A stretch of 64,000 nucleotides of DNA from positions 1 to 64,000 of the forward strand of contig JALDAJ010000001.1 of assembly GCA_022729235.1 (NCBI GenBank), written 5' to 3'. Every line of letters starts with the position of its first letter. Position 1 is the stretch's first letter. This DNA is from Candidatus Nanohalarchaeota archaeon (GTDB lineage Archaea; Nanohalarchaeota; Nanosalinia; Nanosalinales; Nanosalinaceae). The notes below the pieces were generated by a model. It did not search any database and was not told the origin of the DNA. It saw only the letters and a program-made list of their open reading frames with translations. Shown piece by piece: positions 46,509-56,505 of the stretch. Made by a program: the position numbers and the translations under genes.

Positions 46509-47686
46509 TACCGGAACACCTCACGGACTTTTCTTATCGCTTCAAGGAATTTTTCCACGTCCTCCTCAGTGTTGTATAGGTACGGCGAGGCGCGGGCGGT
46601 CGCGGAAACGCCGAGTTTCTCCATAAGCGGCTGGGCGCAGTGGTGACCAGCACGAATCGCCACATCCTCCTGGTTGAGTATCTCGGAGATGTCGTGAGGG
46701 TGCGCCTCCTTCATCGTGAACGAGACAAGACAAGCACTCTCAGGAGAAAGAACTTTGACTCCGTCGATTTTCGCCAGCCCTTGAATCATCTGTTCCGCAA
46801 GTTCTTTCTCGTGTTCCTGGATATTCTCAAGTCCAACGTTTTCAAGGTATTCGATAGCCTCTGCAAGCCCTACTGTTCCGGCGATGTTTGGCGTCCCGGC
46901 TTCGAACTTCTGCGGCGACTCCTCCCACTGTGTCTCATCGCGCTTGACCGTTCTTATCATACCTCCACCTGTCTGGTACGGCTCCATCTCTTCGAGCAGC
47001 TCTTTCCTCGCGTAAAGAACTCCAATTCCTGTCGGTCCGAGCATCTTGTGACCGGAGAACACGAGGAAGTCCACATCGAGTTCTTTCACATCAGTAGGTA
47101 TCCTCGGTACTGACTGCGCGCCGTCGACCATTATGTAAGCATCGTTTTTGTGCGCCAGTTCTGCCAGCTCTTCTACCGGGTTATCGTTGCCGTACACGTT
47201 GGATACGTGAGAAACTGATACCAGTGCCGTATCCTCATCGAACATCTTTTCTGCGGCTTCGAGGTCGATACCGTTTTCGTCCGCAGGTATGAACTCGAAC
47301 TCCAGCCCTTCTTCCTCCGCTTTTCTTCTCCAAGGCAGCTGCTCTGAGTGATGTGCAGTCTCCGGCACCAGTATCTTTCCATCGAGTTCAAGCGAAGAAG
47401 CAACGAGGTTGATAGACTCGGTAGCGTTCCGGGTGAAGACTATCTCGTCCTTTCTCCCGCCGATGAAATCCGCGACTTTTTTCCGCGAGTTCTCGTACGC
47501 CTCCGTCGCGCGGTATCCAAGTTCGTGTAGCGAGCGGCCAATATTCGCGTTCTCCTCCCTGTAAAACCTGTTGACTCTCTCGATTACCCGCTCCGGGGTC
47601 TGCGTGGTCGCAGCGTTGTCAAGATAGGTAAGTTCCGGCTTCTCCTGGAATACAGAGAAGTCTTTCTTCAGTTTTTCCGAATTCAT
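46508..47686 (-). CDS. sufS: Cysteine desulfurase SufS
   Basis: YLDNAATTQ, SGHKMLGP, RAGHHCAQP. Confidence 0.96.
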   Translation of the reverse strand: MNSEKLKKDFSVFQEKPELTYLDNAATTQTPERVIERVNRFYREENANIGRSLHELGYRATEAYENSRKKVADFIGGRKDEIVFTRNATESINLVASSLELDGKILVPETAHHSEQLPWRRKAEEEGLEFEFIPADENGIDLEAAEKMFDEDTALVSVSHVSNVYGNDNPVEELAELAHKNDAYIMVDGAQSVPRIPTDVKELDVDFLVFSGHKMLGPTGIGVLYARKELLEEMEPYQTGGGMIRTVKRDETQWEESPQKFEAGTPNIAGTVGLAEAIEYLENVGLENIQEHEKELAEQMIQGLAKIDGVKVLSPESACLVSFTMKEAHPHDISEILNQEDVAIRAGHHCAQPLMEKLGVSATARASPYLYNTEEDVEKFLEAIRKVREVFR

Positions 47687-47724
47687 AGGACAGGCTTTAC
47701 AGTCAAATCTTTTTAGCTGTTTAA

Positions 47725-48105
47725 CTAGAGCCGGTCCCAGTCAATAACTTCAACGCCTTCAATTCTTTTGAAGTGTTCAGCGTTTGCGGTCAGGATTTTT
47801 TCATTGTATTTCAACGCGGTCGCTGCTATGTATATGTCGTTTATTTCTATTCTTTGACCGGATTCTATAAGATCCGCCATTATTTCTCCTGCTTTATCTG
47901 CTACTTCTTCACCTATAGGTATCACTTCTAGATTCTGGCCTATCCTGTCAAATTTTGAGTCAGGAGCGTTGTTCAGGTATTTTCCCGTCGATAGCTCCAT
48001 GTATGCTGCTGAACTGATAGAGTGTTTTCCCTCCGGCAGTTTCTGAAGCTTCTCAACACCTTTCCCCCGATCAAGATCAACGAGTACAGAAGAATCAATT
48101 ATCAT
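47725..48105 (-). CDS. vapC: VapC family PIN toxin
   Basis: IIDSSVLVD, MEL, DIYIAATA, TANAEHF. Confidence 0.92.
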   Translation of the reverse strand: MIIDSSVLVDLDRGKGVEKLQKLPEGKHSISSAAYMELSTGKYLNNAPDSKFDRIGQNLEVIPIGEEVADKAGEIMADLIESGQRIEINDIYIAATALKYNEKILTANAEHFKRIEGVEVIDWDRL

Positions 48106-48320
48106 GCATGTTCATCCTCTAAACTGTCGAAATTCTCATCTGATGCCTCTTTAACACCTTCTTTAACTTTCTCCCATTCGTACGAGACACCCGTATCCTT
48201 CAGCTCTTCGAAGTCGGTCTCATCCCTCATATCCCGTATCAACTCAGAGAAGCTTCTATCCCCCTTCTTCTTTTTCATCCACTCATACACATCATCAGCG
48301 ACAGAAATCGTCCTCGCCAT
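48102..48320 (-). CDS. vapB: VapB antitoxin (DUF217-like)
   Basis: RTISVADDVYE...SFSELI; overlaps vapC. Confidence 0.88.
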   Translation of the reverse strand: MARTISVADDVYEWMKKKKGDRSFSELIRDMRDETDFEELKDTGVSYEWEKVKEGVKEASDENFDSLEDEHA

Positions 48321-48416
48321 ATATACATATGTGCAAACAGATTTTTAAATAAATTTCTCTGGAGCAGTAGACGCCTAAATCGTCCGAACTGGCTCGAAAA
48401 ATATTTCTGATCAAGA

Positions 48417-49538
48417 CTAATTCTGGAGCTTTTTCTCGACTTCCTCTCTGACTGTTTCTTTGAGCTGTGGTAGTTCGATTTCTTCCATGACGGGCTCGAA
48501 GTAGCCTTTCACAACGAGTCTTCTCGCTTTTTCCTCGCTTATTCCCCGGGACTTCATGTAGTGGAGCTCTTCTTCAGGGACTGTTCCTGACGAGGCGGCG
48601 TGTGACGCCTCGACATCCGGGTCTTCTATCATGAGCTTCGGCGAGGCATCAGATTCTGCCCGGTCAGAGAGCATCAGTGTTTTCTGATCCTGGAAGCTTT
48701 TCGTGTCGTCCGCCGAGTCCTGGACCTGTTGAAGTCCCTCGTAGACACTTCTTGAGGTATCGTCGACAACTGCACGTGAATCCATGTCACAGCTCGTGTT
48801 CTCGCCGATGTGGTATGCCTGGAGCGAGATGTCGATGTGCTGTTCACCGACAGGGTACCATACGCCAGTCTTGTCGACGGAAGAGTTGTCGCCTTTCAAT
48901 ACTGTTTCTATCCTCGTCCTGTTGAGGTCGCCGCCGAACATCGAGTTTAACCAGTCGATCGATGCATCTCTACCGAGGACAGCTTTCCTTATGCTGTAGC
49001 TGAACCCGCTTTCAACAGATTCTACTGCTCCGTAGCTCATCGTAGTGTTATCGCCGAGGTAGAACTCGTTTATCGATGTCTGGATCTCAGGATTTCCGCG
49101 GAACTCCTCCGTCAAGGCGAGCTCGGAGCTCTGCGCGGTGTCAACTACCAGGTGTGCAAAAACAGGAGAGTTTTCCTCGTAAGTTATGTTTACTTCCGCC
49201 TCACCTTCAACCTCAAGGTAAATCAGAGAGTTCATCATCACGGTGTGTAGCGCAGTAATCCTGTTCTCATCTCTTTTCACAGCATCCAGCAGATTTTCTC
49301 CTGCTTTCTCAAACGCCTCCGCGTTCCTGTAGACCTTTACGTCGCCTTCAGACTCAATCTCAGGCTCTACATCCTGTACGGCATCCAGCTCTTCCTCCAG
49401 GTTCTTCGGATAGCGTGTCCACGTCCTTCCTGGCGTCCTGATGCTTTCAGGGAGATTGAGTCTCTCAAAGTCTTCACGCGCCTTCTGCCGTAGTTCAGCA
49501 TCACCGCTGCCGAAACTGTATTTCAGTAGCTGGCTCAT
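48417..49538 (-). CDS. sufD: Fe-S assembly protein SufD
   Basis: SPKLMIEDPDVEASHAA, YMKSRGI; follows sufB. Confidence 0.9.
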   Translation of the reverse strand: MSQLLKYSFGSGDAELRQKAREDFERLNLPESIRTPGRTWTRYPKNLEEELDAVQDVEPEIESEGDVKVYRNAEAFEKAGENLLDAVKRDENRITALHTVMMNSLIYLEVEGEAEVNITYEENSPVFAHLVVDTAQSSELALTEEFRGNPEIQTSINEFYLGDNTTMSYGAVESVESGFSYSIRKAVLGRDASIDWLNSMFGGDLNRTRIETVLKGDNSSVDKTGVWYPVGEQHIDISLQAYHIGENTSCDMDSRAVVDDTSRSVYEGLQQVQDSADDTKSFQDQKTLMLSDRAESDASPKLMIEDPDVEASHAASSGTVPEEELHYMKSRGISEEKARRLVVKGYFEPVMEEIELPQLKETVREEVEKKLQN

Positions 49539-50935
49539 CCGAGAGAGCCCTCCATTTCAAGCTCGATGAGGCGGTTTAGTTCGACCGCGTATTCGAGAGG
49601 CAGTTCTTTTGCGATCGGCTCGATGAATCCGCGGACGATCATCTCCTTCGCTTCTTCTTCCTCTATCCCACGGCTCATAAGGTAGTATATCTCTTCGTCG
49701 CCGATACGCCCGACCGTTGCTTCGTGGGCGATCTCGACGTCGTCCTCCTTGACCTCGATGTAGGGTTCGGTGTCGCTCGTTGCCTCGTCGTCAAACATCA
49801 GGGCATCGCACTCGATAGAGAGTTTACTGCCATGACTTCCTTTAGGGACTCGTACAAGCCCGCGGTAGTTCGTTCTTCCGTCGCCCTGTGATATCGATTT
49901 GGATTCGATGGTTGAGTTGGTGTTCGGCGCGTTGTGGACTACTTTCGCGCCCGTGTCGATGTCCTGTCCGTCTCCTGCGTAGGCGATAGTTATGTGGTTC
50001 GCCTTCGCACCTTCTCCGTTGAGGTGGCTGGAGGGGTAGAGCATCGTTACCTTGGATCCCATGGAGCCTGATACCCATTCCATCGTCCCGTTCTCCTGTA
50101 CCTTGGCACGTTTAGTATTCAGGTTGTATGTGTTCTTCGACCAGTTCTGGACGGTTGAGTACTGGACGTGTGCGCCCTCGCCGACGAAGACTTCGACGCA
50201 ACCCGCGTGAAGATTCGAGCGGGTGTACTGCGGAGCGCTGCACCCCTCGATGTAGTGAACTTTCGAGTTCTCTTCTGCGATTATCAGGGTGTGTTCGAAC
50301 TGCCCCATTCCTTTCTGGTTCATGCGGAAGTACGCCTGTACCGGGATCTCGACTTCCACGCCCTCTGGAACATAGACGAACGAGCCCCCGCTCCAGACCG
50401 CGCCGTGCAGAGCCGCGAACTTGTTGTCCTGCGGAGGGACGCACTTGGTCATGAAGTATTCTTTCACTAGTTCCGGGTGTTCTTGTACTGCTTTATCCAT
50501 GTCGCAGAAGATGACGCCTTTCTCCTCCCATTCCTCTTTCATGTTCTGGTATACTACCTGGGACTCGAACTGCGCTCCCACCCCCGATAATGCCTCGCGT
50601 TCCGCCTCCGGAATCCCGAGCTTGTCGAACGTTTCCTTGATTTCCTCCGGTACTTCTTCCCAGTCGTCGCTCTGTTCGGCGTCCGGTCTCACGTAGTGAG
50701 ATATCTCTTCAAAATCAAGTTCTGAAAGATCTGGTCCCCAGTCCGGCATCTCGCGTTTTTCAAAATGACGGAACGCCTTCAACCGGCGTTTTTTCATCCA
50801 TTCCGGCTCGTCCTTGTCCTCGGAGATAGCTTTTATCGTGTCCTCCGTCAGCCCTTTTCCTGCGTCAAATGCTTTCTCGGTTTCAACGCGGTGCTCGAAA
50901 CGTTCCTGGTTCTTCTCGATATTTTCTTCCGGCAT
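49535..50935 (-). CDS. sufB: Fe-S assembly protein SufB
   Basis: GQFEHTL, YIEGCSAP, VQNWS, CDAL, HEA, ELPLEYAVELN. Confidence 0.97.
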   Translation of the reverse strand: MPEENIEKNQERFEHRVETEKAFDAGKGLTEDTIKAISEDKDEPEWMKKRRLKAFRHFEKREMPDWGPDLSELDFEEISHYVRPDAEQSDDWEEVPEEIKETFDKLGIPEAEREALSGVGAQFESQVVYQNMKEEWEEKGVIFCDMDKAVQEHPELVKEYFMTKCVPPQDNKFAALHGAVWSGGSFVYVPEGVEVEIPVQAYFRMNQKGMGQFEHTLIIAEENSKVHYIEGCSAPQYTRSNLHAGCVEVFVGEGAHVQYSTVQNWSKNTYNLNTKRAKVQENGTMEWVSGSMGSKVTMLYPSSHLNGEGAKANHITIAYAGDGQDIDTGAKVVHNAPNTNSTIESKSISQGDGRTNYRGLVRVPKGSHGSKLSIECDALMFDDEATSDTEPYIEVKEDDVEIAHEATVGRIGDEEIYYLMSRGIEEEEAKEMIVRGFIEPIAKELPLEYAVELNRLIELEMEGSLG

Positions 50936-50984
50936 GTTAGTTTTAGGTACGCCTAAACCTTTAAATCTGCTGAACGTTTCCGGT

Positions 50985-51377
50985 TCAGGACTTGATATCT
51001 GAGGACGAGTAGTCTCCCTTCCCCTCTATCCTGGCTACGTCTACCTCATGACCCGTCGCCTTCTCCGCCATCTCTTTGACTTCTTTCTCATCGTGTCCCT
51101 GGTCGTATCCTAGTGTTATAACGTCCGGGTCCACGCGTTCCACGGTATCATAGATGTTTCCTTCCGTTCCTAGTACTGCCCTGTCAACTGTTTCCAGTGC
51201 CCTGATCATCTCTCTGCGCTCTTCTTCCTCAAATACCAGGTTCTTTTTCTCCGTGATACGCGAGTCGCGGGCTATCACAACTACCAGTCTGTCTCCGAGT
51301 TCTCCTGATTTCTTCAGGTAGTGGAGGTGTCCGGGATGAAGTACATCGAATGTTCCCTGAGCCATAACCGTTTTCAT
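50985..51377 (-). CDS. ribL: FAD synthase (cytidylyltransferase family)
   Basis: GTFDVLHPGH, VVIARD, LGYDQ, YSSS. Confidence 0.85.
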   Translation of the reverse strand: MKTVMAQGTFDVLHPGHLHYLKKSGELGDRLVVVIARDSRITEKKNLVFEEEERREMIRALETVDRAVLGTEGNIYDTVERVDPDVITLGYDQGHDEKEVKEMAEKATGHEVDVARIEGKGDYSSSDIKS

Positions 51378-51401
51378 ACCTAATTATTCTTCTTCAAACT
51401 A

Positions 51402-52001
51402 TTAAGCTAGAGCACTCAGTAGTTCCAGTGCCTCGGGACCTATCGCTGTGAAGAGTAGGGCATTGAAGACGATGTTAAAAACTGAGAACTGGAGATAACG
51501 GGGTACTTTGTCTCTCATTATAAGAGAAGTGCATAAAAGGAACACAGACTGCAACCCGATAGTCATAGCCGACCCCAGGAGAATTATGCCTGTACCGGCG
51601 AACATACCTGCGAGATAGCCTGCAGCAGCATATCCTGGCACCACCCATATTATGTAGACTCCTGGCGGATTCCCTGTAAACAGCTCGGTCAGTATGAACA
51701 GCAGTCCCAGTAAAGCCCCGGTCTCAGGACCGGAAACTACACCCATCAAAACCGTTGAAAACGTTGTGAGTTCTATCCCGAGACTGTTAAGTTCTAGTCT
51801 CGTGGTCATGATAGAAACTGCGGAAATCATGGCAAGTAGGATGATCGGGATCATATAGTCCAGAAGGTAGAAACCTATGGATATCAGCGCCAGTAAGAGA
51901 ATCAGCTTTCCTGCATGTTGGTATAAATGCTCCACGGCGTCTTCGTACAGCATCTCTACCCTAGCCTTGAATGATTCAAGCTCGATATCAATCACGTGCA
52001 A
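51402..52001 (-). CDS. Multi-pass membrane protein
   Basis: About six TM helices; GIELTTFSTV..G...GP..G resembles ECF S components. Confidence 0.7.
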   Translation of the reverse strand: MHVIDIELESFKARVEMLYEDAVEHLYQHAGKLILLLALISIGFYLLDYMIPIILLAMISAVSIMTTRLELNSLGIELTTFSTVLMGVVSGPETGALLGLLFILTELFTGNPPGVYIIWVVPGYAAAGYLAGMFAGTGIILLGSAMTIGLQSVFLLCTSLIMRDKVPRYLQFSVFNIVFNALLFTAIGPEALELLSALA

Positions 52002-52068
52002 AACGATAGATTTTGAAAAGAGATAAAGGTTCGTCAGTTATATAGAGGGGGGTCGAGAAACTTCACCT

Positions 52069-52257
52069 ATGTCGGACCTGATGTCGGAACTCCTGGCTGC
52101 CCTGTTCACAATGGCACTGTCATTTTCAATACTTTTAGCCGCGGTGAGCGCTGATTTTCTCGGTATCTCGGAAGTATTACCAGACACCGCTGTTTTGGTA
52201 ATTTCGCTCGTGTCTGGGATAGCGGTTTTCCTGATTATGCACCTTGATATCCGGTAA
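52069..52257 (+). CDS. Small two-TM membrane protein
   Basis: Hydrophobic 62-aa ORF with TTATATA upstream. Confidence 0.55.
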   Translation: MSDLMSELLAALFTMALSFSILLAAVSADFLGISEVLPDTAVLVISLVSGIAVFLIMHLDIR

Positions 52258-52275
52258 GAACCTATTAAACATGCT

Positions 52276-54141
52276 CTAGTCGAAGAACTCTTCTATATCC
52301 TGCCATGGAGCCCTGGTTTTCTTGAGGTCGAATCCTGGTGGAAAGACTTTCCTGTAGTTCGACCAGTCGTAACGCTCGTCCATGTAAACCATGACCCCGC
52401 GGTCCTCCTTTGAACGTATGACACGTCCGGCAGCCTGTATCGCCCGGTTGACCGCAGGATAGCTGTAGCCATAGTCCCATCCCTTGTTGAACTTGTAGTC
52501 ATAGAAATTGATGAGAGCCTTCGTCTCCAGGTCCGGTTTCTGGAGCGGTAACCCGATGATGAACGCCGCCCTCATGATGTCGCCCGGGTAGTCCACCCCT
52601 TCTCCCAGTGAACCGGCAGCAACCCCGAGAAGCGCTGCGTCACCCTCATCCTTTCGTGAGGCGAACTCTTCAAACAGTCTCTGCTTGCCCTCCTTATTCA
52701 TCGACTGCTTCTCAACGAAGAGATTTCTGTCCGTTTTCTGCTCCATCTCCTCCTTGACACGGTGCATGAAGCTGTAGCTGGGGAAGAACACACCTACATT
52801 CCCGGGAACCGCCTCGAAGCTTTTCGCGAGGTACCACGCGTATTTCTGGTACATCGAGTCGTCACGCTCTGAGTACTTGGTCGTGACTGTCGGGACCATC
52901 AGGTCGAGCTGGTTTTCCTCCGGGAAAGGTGATTTGAACGCTTCCGTTTTCGCGCTAGTTTCCAGGCCAAGAAGATCCTTGTACATCTTCTGCGGTGTTA
53001 GAGTTCCGGACATCAGGATGCTTGCGTGCGCATCATTGAGCGGCTCCTTCGTTGACACCTGTGGGTCGAGGCAGGTGTACTTTATCTCTATGTACCGGTT
53101 GCCGGCGGATGAACGCGACCTCTTGATGCAGCGGAAGAAACCGTTATCATCGCCGTTCCACGCATCCAGAAACTCTGCGACTCCGCCACAGTAAGATTTC
53201 TCCCGTTCATCTCTTACCTCCTCTGCTATCGCTTCCAGGTCTACGATGAACTCTCCGTAGTCCTGGATGTTCTCGACCGCGTCTTTCAGGTCGTCCTTCT
53301 CTATCTTCTCCTCGTGACTTCCACTTGAGAACTCATCCGCGGCGATGGATTTCACCGCACCCATAAGTCTTTCGAGTTTCTCCTCCATCTCGTAGAACCC
53401 GAATTTTTCCGCCTCTGTAATCGCGCGGTCTATCTGAGGTATCGACATCGACTCGGAAAACAAAGAGCGGGTGCGCGATGGAAGGTTATGGGCTTCGTCA
53501 ACTACCAGTATCGTGTCTTCAAGCACGCAGCCCGCTCTCTCGAAAATCGATTCGCGGACACCAGGGTGGAATATGTGGAAGTAGTCTGCGATTATCAGGT
53601 CGCTTCTGCGGGCGAGTTCCATCATCATGTAGTAAGGGCAGAACTGAGGTGTTGAGCGTTTGAAATCCTCCGCGTGTTTCGGGTTACCCTCCAGTGTATC
53701 AAGTTTTTTCTTCGCCTTGTCTTTTAGCTGATGCTCGTCCATGTCGTACATTGCAGTGTAGAAGTCGCATCTCTCCTCATCGCGTAGAGTCTGGCAGTAG
53801 TCCTTGAAGTCGCGGGAGGTCATCTCCTCTACGCCGTTGACGTTGCACAGCCATTTCTTCCCGAGCAGGTCGATAACTGTCAGTTCTTCATCGTGACGTT
53901 CCTGCATCTTCTTCACAGTCTCCACGGCTATACTGTGTTGGGAGTGTCTCGGTGTCAGGAAGAACACCTTCTTGTTGTTCTGCTTCGCGTACTCAAGTGC
54001 CGGCGTCAAAGTTGCTGCGGTCTTGCCCAGTCCCGTGGGTGCGTGGGCGACAAGGCTATTTCCTTCTTCTATCGCCTCCTCGACCGATTTCATGAGATCA
54101 TCCTGTTTTTCCCTGACCTTGGAGAACGGGAATAGCTCCAT
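52276..54141 (-). CDS. xpd: XPD/Rad3/DinG family Fe-S helicase
   Basis: APTGLGKT, four-Cys Fe-S region, DEAHN, SGTL, FFPSY, QAAGRVIR. Confidence 0.93.
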   Translation of the reverse strand: MELFPFSKVREKQDDLMKSVEEAIEEGNSLVAHAPTGLGKTAATLTPALEYAKQNNKKVFFLTPRHSQHSIAVETVKKMQERHDEELTVIDLLGKKWLCNVNGVEEMTSRDFKDYCQTLRDEERCDFYTAMYDMDEHQLKDKAKKKLDTLEGNPKHAEDFKRSTPQFCPYYMMMELARRSDLIIADYFHIFHPGVRESIFERAGCVLEDTILVVDEAHNLPSRTRSLFSESMSIPQIDRAITEAEKFGFYEMEEKLERLMGAVKSIAADEFSSGSHEEKIEKDDLKDAVENIQDYGEFIVDLEAIAEEVRDEREKSYCGGVAEFLDAWNGDDNGFFRCIKRSRSSAGNRYIEIKYTCLDPQVSTKEPLNDAHASILMSGTLTPQKMYKDLLGLETSAKTEAFKSPFPEENQLDLMVPTVTTKYSERDDSMYQKYAWYLAKSFEAVPGNVGVFFPSYSFMHRVKEEMEQKTDRNLFVEKQSMNKEGKQRLFEEFASRKDEGDAALLGVAAGSLGEGVDYPGDIMRAAFIIGLPLQKPDLETKALINFYDYKFNKGWDYGYSYPAVNRAIQAAGRVIRSKEDRGVMVYMDERYDWSNYRKVFPPGFDLKKTRAPWQDIEEFFD

Positions 54142-54265
54142 GTGTTAGGGTGAGGATGAAACAATAAAACTCCTCGGACAAAAGCAGACCACACCTTCAA
54201 GAGAATTTACTACTTTACAATAACAAGATAATATAAGGCTGGAGTTACAATACTCTTTGTAGAAA

Positions 54266-54793
54266 ATGAAAACGGACTGCTCAAAGTTTCAGGGTATCGA
54301 AGCAGGTGTAGTAATCGAAGACCCGACTACAGTAGGATATGACCTAGAGATAGATCCAGAAGCTGTTGAATACATAAGAGAACAGGTAAATATCAGTAAT
54401 GCAGAAAATCCTACAGAGTATGGTATCGATTTAGTTCACGATCTATTGGATGTCAGGACAGAACATTCAGAAAACATGCAATTACTCAGACGAAACAGAA
54501 GAGAAAATGGCGGTGGAAGTGTTCCATTATCACTCGTTCACGATATCGGTTCCGGCGTATGCAAAGATTTCGCCGCAACCGGATGTATAGTGTACGACGA
54601 ACTAGGCCTGGACGCTCAATACGTCCAAGGAACGTTTGACGAAAATGAAGGCGATGACTTTTACGACCGACATGCATGGATAAGAGTAGAATATCAATTA
54701 GTTGATCCTATCTGGAAAAGAAGCGGACCCTATGATGAAATGGCAGATCAGTTCGGATATACTGCTGGAGAAAACCCTGTTAGAAATGCATAG
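54266..54793 (+). CDS. Transglutaminase-like protein (Cys-His-Asp)
   Basis: GVCKDFA, HAWIRV, LVDP. Confidence 0.75.
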   Translation: MKTDCSKFQGIEAGVVIEDPTTVGYDLEIDPEAVEYIREQVNISNAENPTEYGIDLVHDLLDVRTEHSENMQLLRRNRRENGGGSVPLSLVHDIGSGVCKDFAATGCIVYDELGLDAQYVQGTFDENEGDDFYDRHAWIRVEYQLVDPIWKRSGPYDEMADQFGYTAGENPVRNA

Positions 54794-54841
54794 ACCTTGG
54801 ATTCAGAAAGCGTTTAAAATGCTGTCCAAGAAAACTTCTCC

Positions 54842-55831
54842 ATGTCTTGGTACGCTGTAGAGGAACTTGAGAACGCATGGGAGGAGACTAAAGAGGTTCT
54901 CCTACCCTTTGACAGCGGTACCTGGGCGCGTCTTGTAGTCATAGTGATACTGACAGGTCATGGATTTAACTCCTCCGGCATTCCCTCGCCCGGCGGGGAC
55001 GCCGACCTCCTTGAAGACGATTTCGGGGAAAGCAGCAGTTACGATGAAATCTATGGCACCGCACTACAGCCCGATTTAGACGCCGCGCTCGAGAATGTTC
55101 CCGAGAATCTGATGACCGGGGATTACCTGAAATTTGCCCCGACAGATACACCCGCTGACGGTGTTTTGTTTGCGGTATTATCGACCGCGGTAATCCTTGT
55201 GACAGCGTTATTCCTTATCAGCAGCGTCTTCGAGCTCATATACTACCAGTCCCTGCTCGACAAGGATGTCAGGATAAGAAAGAACTTCAAGAAACACCTT
55301 GAAGGCGGGGCGAGGTACTTCGGCTTCCGGATAGGAGTATTCGTCCTGACCGCGCTAGTCCTAGCGGCCGTCGTGGGAGGGTTCATGGTCCACACCGCCG
55401 TAGGGATAATCGGCCTGCTTCTCGTACTTTTTGCGGCGCTTCCGGTCTGGATCTTCCTCGTCTTGACACACAACTTCGTACTGCTAAAGATGATAGAAAC
55501 CGGTCTCGGAGTACTTCCATCATGGAAAGAGCTCTGGCCCGACATCAAGGCAGAATGGAAAGAAGTACTGGTTTATCTACTCGTGAGAATCGGCCTTAAC
55601 ATCGTTTTCGGAATCACGGCGCTGATATGGGCGCTAATCACTTTCATGATCCTTGCTATCCCCGTAGCCATACTGGGTGTTCTACTTTATTTAGCGACAC
55701 CTGCGCTGGCAGCGATACCTCTTGCCCTGGGAGTTATAGCCTGGGTAATCCTCCTACTCGGCGCCCAGGTCGTCTTCCAGACCTACCTCTACAACTACGC
55801 AATCCTGGTCTACCACGACCTTACCACGTGA
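54842..55831 (+). CDS. Multi-pass membrane protein
   Basis: WYAVEELENAWEETK..L.PFD...W start, resembling a haloarchaeal membrane family; several TM helices. Confidence 0.75.
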   Translation: MSWYAVEELENAWEETKEVLLPFDSGTWARLVVIVILTGHGFNSSGIPSPGGDADLLEDDFGESSSYDEIYGTALQPDLDAALENVPENLMTGDYLKFAPTDTPADGVLFAVLSTAVILVTALFLISSVFELIYYQSLLDKDVRIRKNFKKHLEGGARYFGFRIGVFVLTALVLAAVVGGFMVHTAVGIIGLLLVLFAALPVWIFLVLTHNFVLLKMIETGLGVLPSWKELWPDIKAEWKEVLVYLLVRIGLNIVFGITALIWALITFMILAIPVAILGVLLYLATPALAAIPLALGVIAWVILLLGAQVVFQTYLYNYAILVYHDLTT

Positions 55832-55838
55832 TAACATC

Positions 55839-56165
55839 ATGATGTCGATTAAATTCGAAGACAGTCTTATCGACCTGATACTTGAAGGAATGAAGGATAC
55901 CACGTGGAGACTCTGGGACGAGAAAGACGTGTCACCGGACCAGGAAGTTTCGCTTCAGGACACGGACGGCAACGAATTTGCAAGAGCACGCGTTCTATGG
56001 GTAAAAGACACGACTTTCGACAGGCTGACAGAGGAAGATAAAGAAGGCCACGAATCCTACGAGTCCAGAGAGGAGATGTACAGCACCTACGAGAGTTACT
56101 ACGACAGGGATGTCGAATCCGACACAGAGGTCAAGATCATCAAGTTCGAGCTTGTCAAGGAATAA
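55839..56165 (+). CDS. ASCH domain protein
   Basis: LILEGMKDTTWR, LTEED.EG, IIKF. Confidence 0.85.
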   Translation: MMSIKFEDSLIDLILEGMKDTTWRLWDEKDVSPDQEVSLQDTDGNEFARARVLWVKDTTFDRLTEEDKEGHESYESREEMYSTYESYYDRDVESDTEVKIIKFELVKE

Positions 56166-56261
56166 GAAAAAGGAAATGAGGGGAGGGGGAAGGATCAAGT
56201 GAAGCGGGTGAATCCGAAGGAGTCTGCCCTCGCAGAAAACCTCCGGTTTTCGAGTGAGTGA

Positions 56262-56408
56262 TTATAGCTCGTAATCGTCGTATTGCAAGAGTAGCAGGCG
56301 CACGGCTTCGTGGAACGCATCGGTCTTGTCCTTGAACAGTCCCTCTTCCACCATCCGGTCAAGTTCATCGTTCAGTTCGTCGGATAGTCTTACAGAAACC
56401 GTCGCCAT
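56262..56408 (-). CDS. Ribbon-helix-helix micro-protein (48 aa), not in ORF track
   Basis: MATVSVRLSDELNDELDRMVEEGLFKDKTDAFHEAVRLLL; TTTATAAA about 27 nt upstream. Confidence 0.8.
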   Translation of the reverse strand: MATVSVRLSDELNDELDRMVEEGLFKDKTDAFHEAVRLLLLQYDDYEL

Positions 56409-56505
56409 CTCTTTTCTGTACTACAATTCATCGCCAGCTTTTATAAAAGAAACGGTGTTTCGTATTATGTTTCTGGAGAAATCAGGAGTATGTAATACTA
56501 ATGTA

